From contig OZ024752.1 of NCBI GenBank assembly GCA_964016885.1, positions 28,396,001-28,460,000 of the forward strand: 64,000 nucleotides of DNA, given 5' to 3'. The notes under the pieces are model-generated. The model saw only the letters and a program-made list of their open reading frames with translations, did not search any database and had not been told where the DNA came from. The position numbers and the translations under genes are program-made. The stretch's first letter is position 1, and each line of letters begins with the position of its first letter. The stretch comes from Eledone cirrhosa. Lineage: Eukaryota. This document shows positions 1-11,535 of this stretch, piece by piece.

Positions 1-104
1 CAAGCTGCTTTCAAATATTTCACTACATAAAACATAATTGGAATAAGTTGGGAGTTCATACAACAATGTGAAATAGTTTAATATATCCAATTAGAAACTT
101 GGAA

Positions 105-107
105 ACA

Positions 108-195
<88 letters not shown>
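105..195. repeat. (CA)n microsatellite
   Basis: Pure CA run in the sequence. Confidence 0.97.
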
Positions 196-196
<1 letters not shown>

Positions 197-477
197 CAAA
201 CCACTACAAAATAACAAAATATAAGACCAATATGTGAAATTTCTAGATTGTTAATAGGAAATATTCATTACTCTTGTTGAACTTTATATCAGAGAAAACT
301 ACGACCATAACAACAACAACATTAAGAACAAGAAGAATGAAGATTACCGGGATGAGGACTAAAGGTAACGAGATTGTGTAAATGTAGATAAATAAATACT
401 ATTATACGACTTAACTAGTTCACATATATGTTTTCTTTGGCCGGTATGTATAATTATGTATGTGTATTACACACGCG

Positions 478-555
<78 letters not shown>

Positions 556-797
556 AATATGCATGTATACGTACATACATATATGTATACAGACGTACAG
601 TAGCATGCACATATATATATATATATACATATATACATACATATGCATACAGGTACACATACATATATGCACGTATCAGTTTAGCGGCGCTTATTATAAC
701 GTCGCTTTGTTCGTTTGTAAACAAACTGAACAGCCTGAATTTATGCCATACGGTGTTAAGGCAACCACGTCACCTTTTTGTTCAACACTGACACAGG

Positions 798-842
798 AAC
801 GATGTACTAGTTTCAAGCTTGTTAGCTATCATCAGCACCGTT
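798..842 (-). ncRNA. Minimal type I hammerhead ribozyme motif
   Basis: Reverse complement of the 1137-1181 motif. Confidence 0.85.
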
Positions 843-1136
843 TACCCATCTGCCAGATAGTTGAACGTTCGAAAGTATATACTTTCCTTATGAAAATTAA
901 CGGCTGAGCAGCCTAATTTGCATATTGAGTGAGTTAAATCGGGCAGGCATACCGATTTAAGTAAGTGCCATACTAAGAGTGAGAAATGAAATTTCGTTTT
1001 CATTTTGTTTCAATTTATCGTTTTCGGTATGCCTGACCGATTTAACTCACTCAATATGCAAATTAGGCTGCTCAGCCGTTAATTTTCATAAGGAAAGTAT
1101 ATACTTTCGAACGTTCAACTATCTGGCAGATGGGTA

Positions 1137-1181
1137 AACGGTGCTGATGATAGCTAACAAGCTTGAAACTAGTACATCGTT
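1137..1181 (+). ncRNA. Minimal type I hammerhead ribozyme motif
   Basis: AACGGTG-CTGATGA-t AGCT aaca AGCT t-GAAA-CTAG-TA^-CATCGTT: 7-bp stem I, 4-bp stem II, palindromic ACTAGT stem III, GUA cleavage triplet. Confidence 0.88.
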
Positions 1182-1542
1182 CCTGTGTCAGTGTTGAACA
1201 AAAAGGTGACGTGGTTGCCTTAACACCGTATGGCATAAATTCAGGCTGTTCAGTTTGTTTACAAACGAACAAAGCGACGTCATAATAAGCGCCGCTAAAC
1301 TGATACGTGCATATATGTATGTGTACCTGTATGCATATGTATGTATATATGTATATATATATATATATATGTGCATGCTACTGTACGTCTGTATACATAT
1401 ATGTATGTACGTATACATGCATACTTACATTTAAGTAAGTGCCATACTAAGAGTGAGAAATGAAATTTCGTTTTCATTTTGTTTCAATTTATATATATAT
1501 ATATATATATAGAAGTGCTTACACAACAGTTAGTTCACCATA

Positions 1543-1582
1543 CCGAGAACAATTGTTTCACCTTCGCGGATCTTCAGCTCGG
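1543..1582 (-). ncRNA. Minimal type I hammerhead ribozyme motif within a 22-bp outer stem
   Basis: Minus strand CCGAG-CTGAAGA-t CC gcgaa GG t-GAAA-CAATTG-TT^-CTCGG. 1519-1540 and 1616-1637 are perfect reverse complements. Confidence 0.8.
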
Positions 1583-1710
1583 GATGTATATGGTTATAGG
1601 AACAGGAAGGACAACTGGTGAACTAACTGTTGTGTAACCACTTCTATCTAACTCGTCCCTTGGACTGAGTACTCTACCACTACGGATATTACCTTCCAGT
1701 GTTCCACCAC

Positions 1711-1744
<34 letters not shown>

Positions 1745-1865
1745 CATATATAAATATATATGTGTATATATATATAAATACATATATATATACATATACA
1801 TATATATATATGCATATACATATATACATATAATAATAATAATAATAAAAATAATAATAATAATA

Positions 1866-2630
1866 ATTCTTTCTTTATTAACCACAGTGGTTTACTCATA
1901 GTGAGACATTAAGGACAGTACAGGACAGTACAGGACAATACAGGACGGTACAAATGGGCATTTCAGCGTTAAACAAATAAAAGCAGAGGATGTAACAAAA
2001 AAAGAACAATGAAAAATTCCCCAATAGGGGGAGACTTCCGAGGGCCATCGTGGAGAAAGCTCATTAAAAAACGCCACGGTGACCCTGACCACCAGGGCAA
2101 GTGCTCTCTCCCAGTTTTCCCCCTTCAATTTACAGGCTTATACTCAGAGTAGGCCCATTCACTCGGGCCATTCTTGCCTCTCTCACCCATCTTTCAACAA
2201 AATGCTGGGAAGAGAGCACTTCCCTCTCTACCCTGATTTTCCTTTTCAAATGAAATTGGTAAAAGTTAATCAGGGCATCACCGAAGAGCTAAGTGCTCGT
2301 CTTCAGCCCTTTCAGACGCGTCCACCATACTATCTCTTTCGCCATGGCCACCAGACAGATAAAAACTGCCTGCCGTTCCCGGCTAAAGGGAGAGGGCGGG
2401 GCAATCCTCACGATGGACTCAGCTGATAGCCGGATCCGTTCTACACGCGACAGCAGGTGTTCGACATAAACCCACAAGTCAGCAATGCTCTGACACTGGA
2501 CGAGTGCATGCAGGACGGTTTCATCGTCCTGCGCGCATCTCTGACATGCCCGGCTGACGGCACTTCCATGCCTGTAGAGTTTATCCCGAACTGGCAAGTT
2601 CCTCAGCAGCACTGCCAGCGAGAAAGGATC
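1866..2630 (-). mobile_element. 3' end of a Tx1/L1-clade LINE (ORF2 C-terminus, 3' UTR, (TTA)n tail)
   Basis: ORF 2289-2612 contains the ORF2 zinc-binding motif CQRCAQDDETVLHALVQC. AATAAA followed by a (TTA)n run on the minus strand near 1830-1875. Confidence 0.8.
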
Positions 2631-3546
2631 CGAACAAGGGGGATAACATAGATAATTTGAGGCCCATAACTCTGCTAAACACAGAGTTCAAGATGTTGGC
2701 CAAGGTGCTAGCAAAGAGGTTGGCGCTTGTCGTTGGTGGTCTGGTGGGAGAGGCGCAGACATGCGCCATTCCAGACAGATCTATCCACGACAACCTCCAC
2801 CTCATGCGATACATCGTGGAGAGGGTAGCTAGATTACTTGGCACGGGTGGGTCCTTGAAGGATGCGGAAGATCCGTGTCAGTATATGCGGACGATGTCAC
2901 CGTAGTGGTGTCGAACGCCAAACACATCGAGGCGATCGGCACTGCACTAAGAGAATACGAAGCGGTGACAGGAGCAATGATCAACCAGGAAAAGTCGGTA
3001 TGCCTGCAGCTCGGCACCTGGAGAGACGGGTCCATGCCGTCCAACAGCATCGTCGGGCGCTCGACGGACGGACCGGTTAAATTGCTAGGGGTCTGGTTCG
3101 GTCCGGACCTCCAGACGGAGAAAAACTGGGACGAGGTTACGAGCAGGGTGGCTTCTCTCACCCAAAAATGGGCAGAGAGGAAGTTATCCCTGAAAGGTCG
3201 AGTGGAGGTGGCGAATGCGTACATCGCGTCCGTCATCTACTGCCACCTGACCGTCGTACCTTGTCCTAAGCCACGCCTGACTGCGCTGGAGCGTTTTCCC
3301 TTTCGCTTTTTGTGGAAGGGACGTGCTCCGATGGTCAGGCGGTCCATCTGCTGTCAACACCCACTACGTGGAGGGCTGGGCCTGTCGTGGCTGATGATGC
3401 GCAGACATGCGCTCAGGCCACGACATCTCCACCTCTTCCTCGACGGTGATCAGGTGTGGTCGCCGTTTGCTAGACACGTTTTTCCCCAGCTCGTCTCCTT
3501 GACGGAGCTGCAGTCCTGGGTCAAGCGAAGACTGAGAGCGAGCGCT

Positions 3547-3549
<3 letters not shown>
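2631..3549 (+). mobile_element. Tx1/L1-clade LINE reverse-transcriptase fragment (internally deleted, inverted relative to adjacent 3' piece)
   Basis: RPITLLNTEFKMLAKVLAKRL, SVYADDVTVVV, KLLGVWF and GGLGL motifs. Clearly homologous to the ORF at 6354-7916. Confidence 0.85.
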
Positions 3550-3604
<55 letters not shown>

Positions 3605-3607
<3 letters not shown>

Positions 3608-3892
3608 TTTTTTTATTGGCCACAAGGGCTGACATCAAGAAAAGCATTACAGACGGCACAAGACGGTACAGGACGGTACGATGTGGGTTTTGTGCGTGTA
3701 AATATTTTTATTATTTATATAAGAAAAGAAAAAAAAGGACATAGAAACAGATATATATATAAACAATAAAAATGAAAATTGAAACAATGAAAAATTCCAC
3801 AATAAGAGGGAAACCTCCGAGGGTTACTCGTGGCGAAAACCACACAAAAGACCACGGCCACCCTAACCACCAGGGCAAGCGCCCTCTCTCAA
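3605..3892 (-). mobile_element. 5'-truncated 3' end of a related Tx1-like LINE
   Basis: Similar to 1870-2110 (ACAGGACGGTAC, AACAATGAAAAATTCC, ACCACCAGGGCAAG). Lies between (AAT)n runs. Confidence 0.65.
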
Positions 3893-3999
3893 TAATAATA
3901 ATATTAATAATAATAATATGTTTCGTCTTCAACGTAATGGTGTCACGCTAAAAAAAACACCGGTGGTGATACAACCATAAATTCATTAATCCTCGATAA

Positions 4000-6495
4000 G
4001 AGTGTTTAAATGTTTAATAACGGTGTGTGAAAGACACTCATCCAGCAAGTGCCCCCTTGGTGTTGGAGGAAGAAGAAAGAATGGGATAAGAACCAACTGG
4101 ACGAAAGAATTGAATAGAACTGTCGTGAAATGTTATCTGAAGAGTAACCCTATGGAAAAAGGCTATAGGAAACGGATGCATATCATATGGAACCAGATTG
4201 GTCTATTTAAATTAGGTGAACAAAAATTGTAATAAGAACTAATGGATGGATAAGTAAGTTGGAACTGGAGGAACTGAACAGAGTCATTGAGTTGGAAATC
4301 GAGAGTGGAGTATATCAGGCAAATGAGCGAGTGGGGGAAATGAAAGTGAAGAAGTTGAGAGACCTGAGTAAGCAACCGAAGCAGACAATGATCTGAATAC
4401 TGAAATAAATAACATCTGGAACAAAGATGCGGCCATTGAGGAAATGAATGCTGACGGGCTAGGGCAAGATTTTGTTGATATCCTGAACTTAGTGGTAGAT
4501 GAAATGAACAATGATAGTGGGAAAGCTATGAGCCTAAGATTTGTAGACAGGAAAAAGTTAAAAGAAACAACAATTAAGGTAAACAGAGTCATACCATACC
4601 TTGAGGCGAGGAACCTTCACCAATGCAACAATATCCTCAAAGCAACCGCAAATGTGGTGAAAAAGTTACTTGGTATAAAAACGAGAGGAAACAACAAACA
4701 AGAAAGATCAGAACCTTGGTCGTAGAAACAACTGGAAAGATCAAATCAAGGAAATGAGAAAAGACATCGAAAAGCTTGAGTCTTTACTGAATGGGACATT
4801 ACAAAACATAGACACTAAAGATAGATTGAAAATAAAATACAAAACGAAGGGAAAAGAGCTAAATGTTATCATAGAGGAACTGAAGCAACGCATTGTAGCA
4901 AAAAGTGCAAAGATTAGGCGGTATAGACAGAACCGCATGTTTGACAATAACCAGAAGATGTTGTTTGAACAGCTTGGGCTGAACAGACTAAGACATGCTG
5001 GAGAGGAATATGGGAGCAGGATGTTGAACATAATAGTCAGGCAGTGTGGATTGAGACAGTTCAAAGGGGAATTAGTGAACAAGCACACCAACAACCTGAT
5101 GATTTGAGTATCACAGCTGAAACTCTTAACGGGCAGGCCAAAAACCTAACCAGCTGGAAATCACCAGGCCCAGATGGTGTGCAAGGATATTGGATAAAAA
5201 ATATAACATCTCCCCACCCAAAACTGACAGCCATGTTCAATGACTGGTTGATGTTGGGTGAAGTACCAGACTGGTTGACAAACGGTACCACAGCTCTGGT
5301 AATGAAAGACCGAATCAAGGGTAATGAGGTTACCAACTATCACATGCCTATCCGTAATGTGGAAACTGTTAACAAGCATTGTGTCTGAGGAAATGTACTA
5401 TCACCTCCACATAAACAACTTGTTACCGGACTAACAGAAAGGATGCCGAAAGAAGTCCCGTGGTCCAAAAGACTAGTTGCTTATTGATAAGATGGTAATG
5501 AGGAATTGCAAGAGGAGAAACACTGGTCTTGCCATGGGATGGATAGATTACAAAAGGCATTCGACACGGTACCTCATTCTTTGAAAACCAAAAGCCTAGA
5601 GATCTTCAAGACAGCTATTAAGTAAAAGTATGAAGTCCTGGGAAACAGAGCTAACATCAGGTGAAGATCAAGAGAGGTATCTTCCAAGGAGATAGTTTGT
5701 CCCCTCTGCTGTTTGTCCTTACCCTCATACCCCTGTCCCTCATATTGCGAAAAGTGAGAACAGGATACAAGTTGGGAAGAGGAGAGCTTACCATCAACCA
5801 CCTCCTCTTCATGAACGATCTTAAACTCTTTGGGAAGAGTGAGAAGGAATTGGATTTATTTGTTGACACTGTCCATATTTTTAGCAATGTTATATGTATA
5901 GTATTTGGTGTTAATAAGTGTGGAGCCCTAGTGATGAAGAAGGGTAAATTGAGCAGAAGCAACGGAATCCAGGTACCAACAGGTGAGATGATAAAGGAAA
6001 TTGACACTGAAGAGGGATACAAATATTTAGGTTTTCTGGAGGGAGATGACATCAAGAAGAAAAAAAATGAAGGAATTGATAAGATCTGAATACATAAGGA
6101 GAGTAAGGAACATACTAAAATCACATCTAAATAGTAGGAATGTCATAAGTGCAGTAAATTCCCGAGCTGTGTCTATTATTAGGTACAGTGCGGGAATTCT
6201 GAAATGGCATGTTACTGAACAAAAAGAAATGGATAGAAAGACTAGGAAGCTAATGACTATCTACAACACGTTCCACAAGAGGAGTGATGTTGATAGACTC
6301 TACTTAAAGAGATCTGAAGGTGGAAGAGGTCCTATCAGCATAGAGAACTGTGTTCAGATGGAGAAAAACAGTCTGCACAAATATGTGTCTGACAGTAGGG
6401 AGCCAATGCTCAGAATTGTACTGAAGGAGAAGACAATATACCAGGGGATGCCCAAGGAGGAAGAGCAACCTTCATGAAAAATCCCTTCATAACAC
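4000..6495 (+). mobile_element. Decayed R4/Dong-clade (RLE) non-LTR retrotransposon, RT region
   Basis: KSPGPDGVQGYWIK, RGIFQGDSLSPLLF, INHLLFMNDLKLF, YKYLG and DVDRLYLKRSEGGRG motifs across frameshifted ORFs with several stops. Confidence 0.85.
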
Positions 6496-6496
6496 C

Positions 6497-9400
6497 TTCT
6501 CAAGCCTACTGACTTTTCCGGGTTAAGTTTTGCTCCCGTCAACCTTTCATATTCCTCCAATAAGTTGCCGACCACCTCGATTTCTGAGGTGTCCGACACC
6601 ATCACGGTGATGTCGTCCGCATAAGCCGACACAGCCTTTCCGCGTCCCGGTTCCAGCGGGATGCACTGCAACAGCTCCAGCTTCCGCAGTAAGGCCTCGA
6701 GAGTCAATACGTACAGAAGGGAGGAGAGAGGGCACCCTTGACGGACCGATCGGGAGACCTGAAACGGTTCCGAGAGATGGCCATTAATTTTGACCATCGA
6801 GCAGGTACTGCTGTGCATTGGAGTGATCCAGCTTCTGAAGACGGGGCCGAAGCCAGCCGCCTTGAGGACAGCTCCCAGGTACCGATGGTCGACCCTATCG
6901 AATGCTTTCGATTGATCTAAATTGATCAAAGCCCCACCGAAGCCAGGTTTACACCCTACCCTCTCTATGAGGTATCGCATTAGGTGGAGGTTGTCGTGTA
7001 TGGACCTGGTTGGGATTGCGCAAGTTTGCGCCTCCCCAACCAAATCCCCGACGACAAGCGCCAACCTCTTCGCTAACACCCTGGCCAAAATCTTAAACTC
7101 TGTGTTGAGCAGAGTTATGGGCCTGAAATTGTCTAATGTATCCCTCTTGTTCTCGTCTTTCCTTATCAGCGTCACTACGCCCCGGCTCACAGAACTGGGA
7201 ATACTCCCATTTTGCTGCCAGTTGCAGTAGAGGGCTTCGAGGAGATTGGAGAACAAGTATGGCATATTTACGTAAAGCTCGTAGGGCAGACCATCCAAAC
7301 CGGGTGACTTGCGCCTCATGCAGCCTACAAGGGCATCCTGAATCTCGGCTGAAGTAATTGGCCTTTCGCAGCGCCCAGCGTCAGCCGTCGAGAGTTGCGG
7401 CAAGCCATCGAGGTAGGGGCTGAAGTCCGCCACCATCTCTGACCCGCCACTTCCCCCGAACAACCGAGCAAAATGTTGGCGAAAGGCCTCACACATCCTC
7501 TTGGAATCGCTCAGCTCGAGCCCGTCTCGGTCCGTCAAAGACCTAATCGTGGTTTTATTACCACGCTGCGCCTCTGCCACGCGGGCCCATCGAACAGCTT
7601 TGGTTCCCTCGTTTCTCAGAGCACGCGCCTTAGCTCTGACAATGCAACCTTCGTGTTTCGCATTGAAGAAATGGTCTAATGCCATTCTCGCCGCTAGCAC
7701 ATCAGTTGCAATGCCACTACCAATAGCCTCGTCTAACTTATCTACCAACTCTCCCTCCTTTCTATTTTTCTCTAATGCTACTTCTTTGTTAAACTCTATC
7801 GCCATTACTCTAATCTCTCTTTTAAGAGCCCCCCACCATCTATTGTTGACGACTCCCCCTGTCAACTTTTTCTTAACTAAATTGTTGACCTGGTCTCTGT
7901 AAGCCTTACGTGCCAAAATGACATGTTTAGCTTCCAGTAACCAGGTCCTAACCTACGCGTCTTATCTAGGTCGACCATACAGATCACAAACTTGTGATCT
8001 GAATAGGCGACCGTTTCAAAACGTGGACAGCTTACACTATTTCTGTCTATTTTCCTAATGAATATCCTGTCTATATACGATCTAGAATACCCTATGCGGT
8101 TAGCCCAGGTCCACACTGGCGCATTAGGGAAATCTAGTCGGTACCTGTCAGACAGTTGGAACTGGCTGATCAGGTTCTTGAGGCTTTTGCACCCCCCGCT
8201 CCTATCGGATACTCCCACACAGTCCCAGCGTGCGTCTAAGATGCCCTTCCAGTCCCCCGCTAACAGTAAAGGGCGAGATGTACCCAGAAATGCTTCCAGG
8301 CGTCTAAAGAAGTCCGGCCGTCCTGCCCCAGTAGGAGCATAGACGGCCACCAGTCTAAAGGCACCACCTTCATTATTGTTCACGTCCAGGACCACCAACT
8401 TCCCGTCCGGGTCCCGGAAGATCGACCTTACCTCGAGATCCAGGCCTTTCCTAAACAGCACTGCCACCCCGCCTCCCATTCCCGGCTGGCAAACAGATGC
8501 AAAGATCTGATAATCGTCGAAAATGGGGGCTATGCGCGCGTGTCGGAAATCCTGGTCTCGCTGACTGCAATTACACCCATTTCTATAGACCTGAGGTCGT
8601 TGAGCAGGTGACCCTGCTTCCAGGACGATCCCAGGCCTCGAACATTTAAACATCCTACTCTTAGTACGGCCATGTTGGCAGGTTAAACAGAGAGAGAGGA
8701 AGGTTTACTTACCTTCCGGGCTCTTGTGAAGGTCGGGTTGTTCGACCTCCATAGTTAATGGGGTTTCTTTTGGGAACCCCTTTAAAAGTCTTGAAGTGGG
8801 TTTTACGTTCAGGGTTCCCACGTCCCGAGGAAAGCTGTCTCGTATTTCTTTGAATATGTCGAGCGACATTCGCACCAGAACCAAATCTTCCGGCACGCGA
8901 AATGTGCTCGATTTAAACATTTCCCCCTCTTTTTGTATACTTTCACTTCGTGCTACGAGGGCCATCAGTTCCTTGTTGGCCCTCCTGACGAGCACGAAGT
9001 TTTGTATGTTTTGTTGGTGTGATTTTATTTGTTTGCGTGGCTGTGGTGGTGATGGTTTTGGTGGTGTTGTTTCGGTTGTATCTGTGTTTATTGTGAGTGC
9101 GATGTCTGTGGTTTCAGATGTTTGTGTGTATATTTGTTTTTGCGTCTGTTTCGGTTGTTTGCGTTTGGGGGATTCTGGTGATGGTGATGGTGGTGTTGAT
9201 GTTGGTGTTATTGGAGAGATGTTTGCGTGGGTGGTGTCTGCGTTTTTTATTGTGGGTGCTTTTGTGCTTTGTTGAGTTTTTTTTTCTTTTTGTTTCCTTT
9301 TTTATATTTTGGGGGATTTGGGATTTCCCTCATCTTCACTACTGGTAGATGAAGGGTCTGTGTTTGTAAGTGTGTTTGTATGTATGTTTAAGGTTTTATT

Positions 9401-10682
9401 GGTGTGTGTATTTTGGGGGGGGGAGGGGGAATTTGACAGCTTTCCTCGTTTCCCCCCTGGGTGGTCAATGTTGGTGGTGTTTTTTCTATTGGTGTTGTTG
9501 TTGGTTGTTTTGCCGGTACAGGTGTTGGTTGTGGTCCTCGCCCCGGCGTCGGCAGCAGTGGAGCCTTTCGACCCCTTGCCTCTTTCAGCAGTTGAGGGCA
9601 GAAGGCTCGCAAATGGGTTTTTTCCCCACAAACAAAACACTGCGGCCTTTTGCCTTCGGTCATAATGTGAATTCTGAAGTCGGATATGGTCTGGGATTGT
9701 CTTCACATTCTCGGGTCTGATCTGGAGAAAGATCTCCAGGTCAACCCCGGACCAGTCCTCTCTGGCCGTTCTGGTCACTTCTATAGGGACTGTATCCGTC
9801 CCCTCCACAATCACACATCCCAGAAGCCACCACATGTCAAGTCCTGGTGTGATTCTGGGAATGCGGAGACGAGCCGTTCTTTTTCCCATGTCGGAGGTGT
9901 ACATTATGACCTTGCTGGTTTTGCAAGGAGTCATGGCGTGTTTCATCGCGAGGGCTTCTGACTTGAACAACAGCTCTTGCTTGATGAGCTTCCATGCCTG
10001 GGCCGACTTTTCATCTTTGTTTGAGAGGTCCATGTTGAAGCATGGCCTCTTTTTTGCTGCTGCCGCAGCGAAAGTGGTCTTGTTTTCGTTGGGGGTGTTG
10101 TTGACGTTGTTCTTGTTGGTGTTGTTGTTAGCACTGTCGCTGTTATCATTGTTGTCTTTGTTGCCACCGTTGTTCTCGGTGCAGTTGGTATTGTTGCTGT
10201 TGGTGTTGTCGCTATTTGTTTTCATGTTAGTGGTGTTGATATTGTTGTTGTATTTGTTTTGTTTTTTTTTGTTATCTGTATTTTCGTTGTCGGTGTTACT
10301 GTCATTATTTTCAAAATTAGAGTTCTTATTGGTATCATTGGTGTCTTTGTTTACCTTGTTTGTGATGGTGTTTGTGTTATCAATGTGTGTTAATTTCGCT
10401 GTAGCGCTCCTCTCAACTTCTACGTCATGTCGCACGACAGCCGACATATCGCTGGGGGACGTGGCTCAGCCATGTTTTTTTTTTCTTCGTAAATTTTTTA
10501 AAACATGTAAAAAAAAGTTCAAATATTTGGGCCAAAAGGCCCAAATATTATACTTTCCCCTTCACGGGGCAAAGTCTAAGGGCTTATATCCCTTACACAA
10601 CAAGAAATATTTAACAACAAATAATTTTAACAGGCAAATAAACTGATTTACTGTGAGCGAGCAAAATACGTCCGCTTAGACC
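6497..10682 (-). mobile_element. Tx1/L1-clade LINE copy 1 (5' UTR, ORF1, APE endonuclease, RT), 3'-truncated and frameshifted
   Basis: ORF1 zinc knuckle CFVCGEKTHLRAFC. APE motifs AVYAP, LLAGDW, SYIDRIF, SDHKFV. RT motifs KSPGLDGLP, LDQSKAFDRV, QGCPLS, AYADD. The 5' end abuts (AAT)n. Confidence 0.92.
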
Positions 10683-10716
10683 AATAATAATAATAATAAT
10701 AATGATAATAATAATA

Positions 10717-10927
10717 ATTGTTTCTACTTTTGGCACAAGGCCATCAATTAACCAGTGCATTACTGGTACTTTATTTTATCGACCCCCTAAGGATGAAAGG
10801 CATAGTTAACCTCGGCGGGATTTGAACTCAGACCGTAAATGATAATAATAATAATTGTTTCTACTTTAGGCACAAGTCCAGCAATTACCCAGTGCATTAC
10901 TCGTACTTTATTTTATCGACCCCGTAA
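10717..10927 (-). mobile_element. Two 5'-truncated Nin-domain-like SINE fragments in (AAT)n
   Basis: Match the 3' half of the SINE family seen at 17833-18022. Confidence 0.8.
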
Positions 10928-10949
10928 ATGATAATAATAATAATAATAA

Positions 10950-11535
10950 AGACTGGTTAGGTAGCTCAGGGCTAAAAGCATAGAGCGAAGGTTTCATCTT
11001 AGCTGCCCAAGATCAAAGCTTATTGACACGGAATTACCAATGTGATGAGAAAAGTAGTAAATCCAAAGTGCCGGTTCTACAATGTTGAAACAGTGAACCA
11101 CCTAGTTTCTGGGTGTAAAGTTTTAGCCGCAGTAGAGTATAAATATAGACATGACAGAGTAGGCCAATATCTACACTGGGTAATGTGTCAGCATTTTATA
11201 ATCAAAGCTGCTGACAAGTGGTACAATCATCACCTTGAGGCTGTAACTGAAGGAGAAAAAGTAACAATTCTTTGGGACTTTCCTGTACATACTGACCAGA
11301 CCATAAAAGCAAATAGACCAGATATCATTGAAAAAGACCAACATAGCAAGGTCTGTTTATTGATTGATATGAGCATTCCATGTGATCACAATATCGCGGC
11401 AAAAGAATTTGACAAGCTAAGAAAATATAAAGATCTGCTTATTGAAATCGAAAGAATGTGGCACCTCAAGGCCGTTACAATACCAGTGGTTGTGGGAGCA
11501 CAGGGAATGATCAAGAAAGGAACAGAAGAGTGTAT
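10950..11535 (+). mobile_element. R4/Dong-clade C-terminal fragment with restriction-like endonuclease
   Basis: EGFILAAQDQ, degenerate CCHC (CRF..ETVNHLVSGC), RHD, RPDI, IDMSIP and KLRKYKDL motifs. Confidence 0.85.

Larger units (their letters stand above)
551..1491. mobile_element. ORF-less fold-back element (Penelope pLTR-like) with ~405-bp inverted arms, each carrying a hammerhead
   Basis: 551-955 is the near-perfect reverse complement of 1024-1430. The spacer 955-1018 recurs directly at 1429-1491. (TA)n flanks both sides. Confidence 0.8.

Noticed and set aside
9834-10646. 270-aa Leu/Val-rich ORF resembling a membrane protein
   Set aside because: Antisense shadow of the Asn/Thr-rich Tx1 ORF1.
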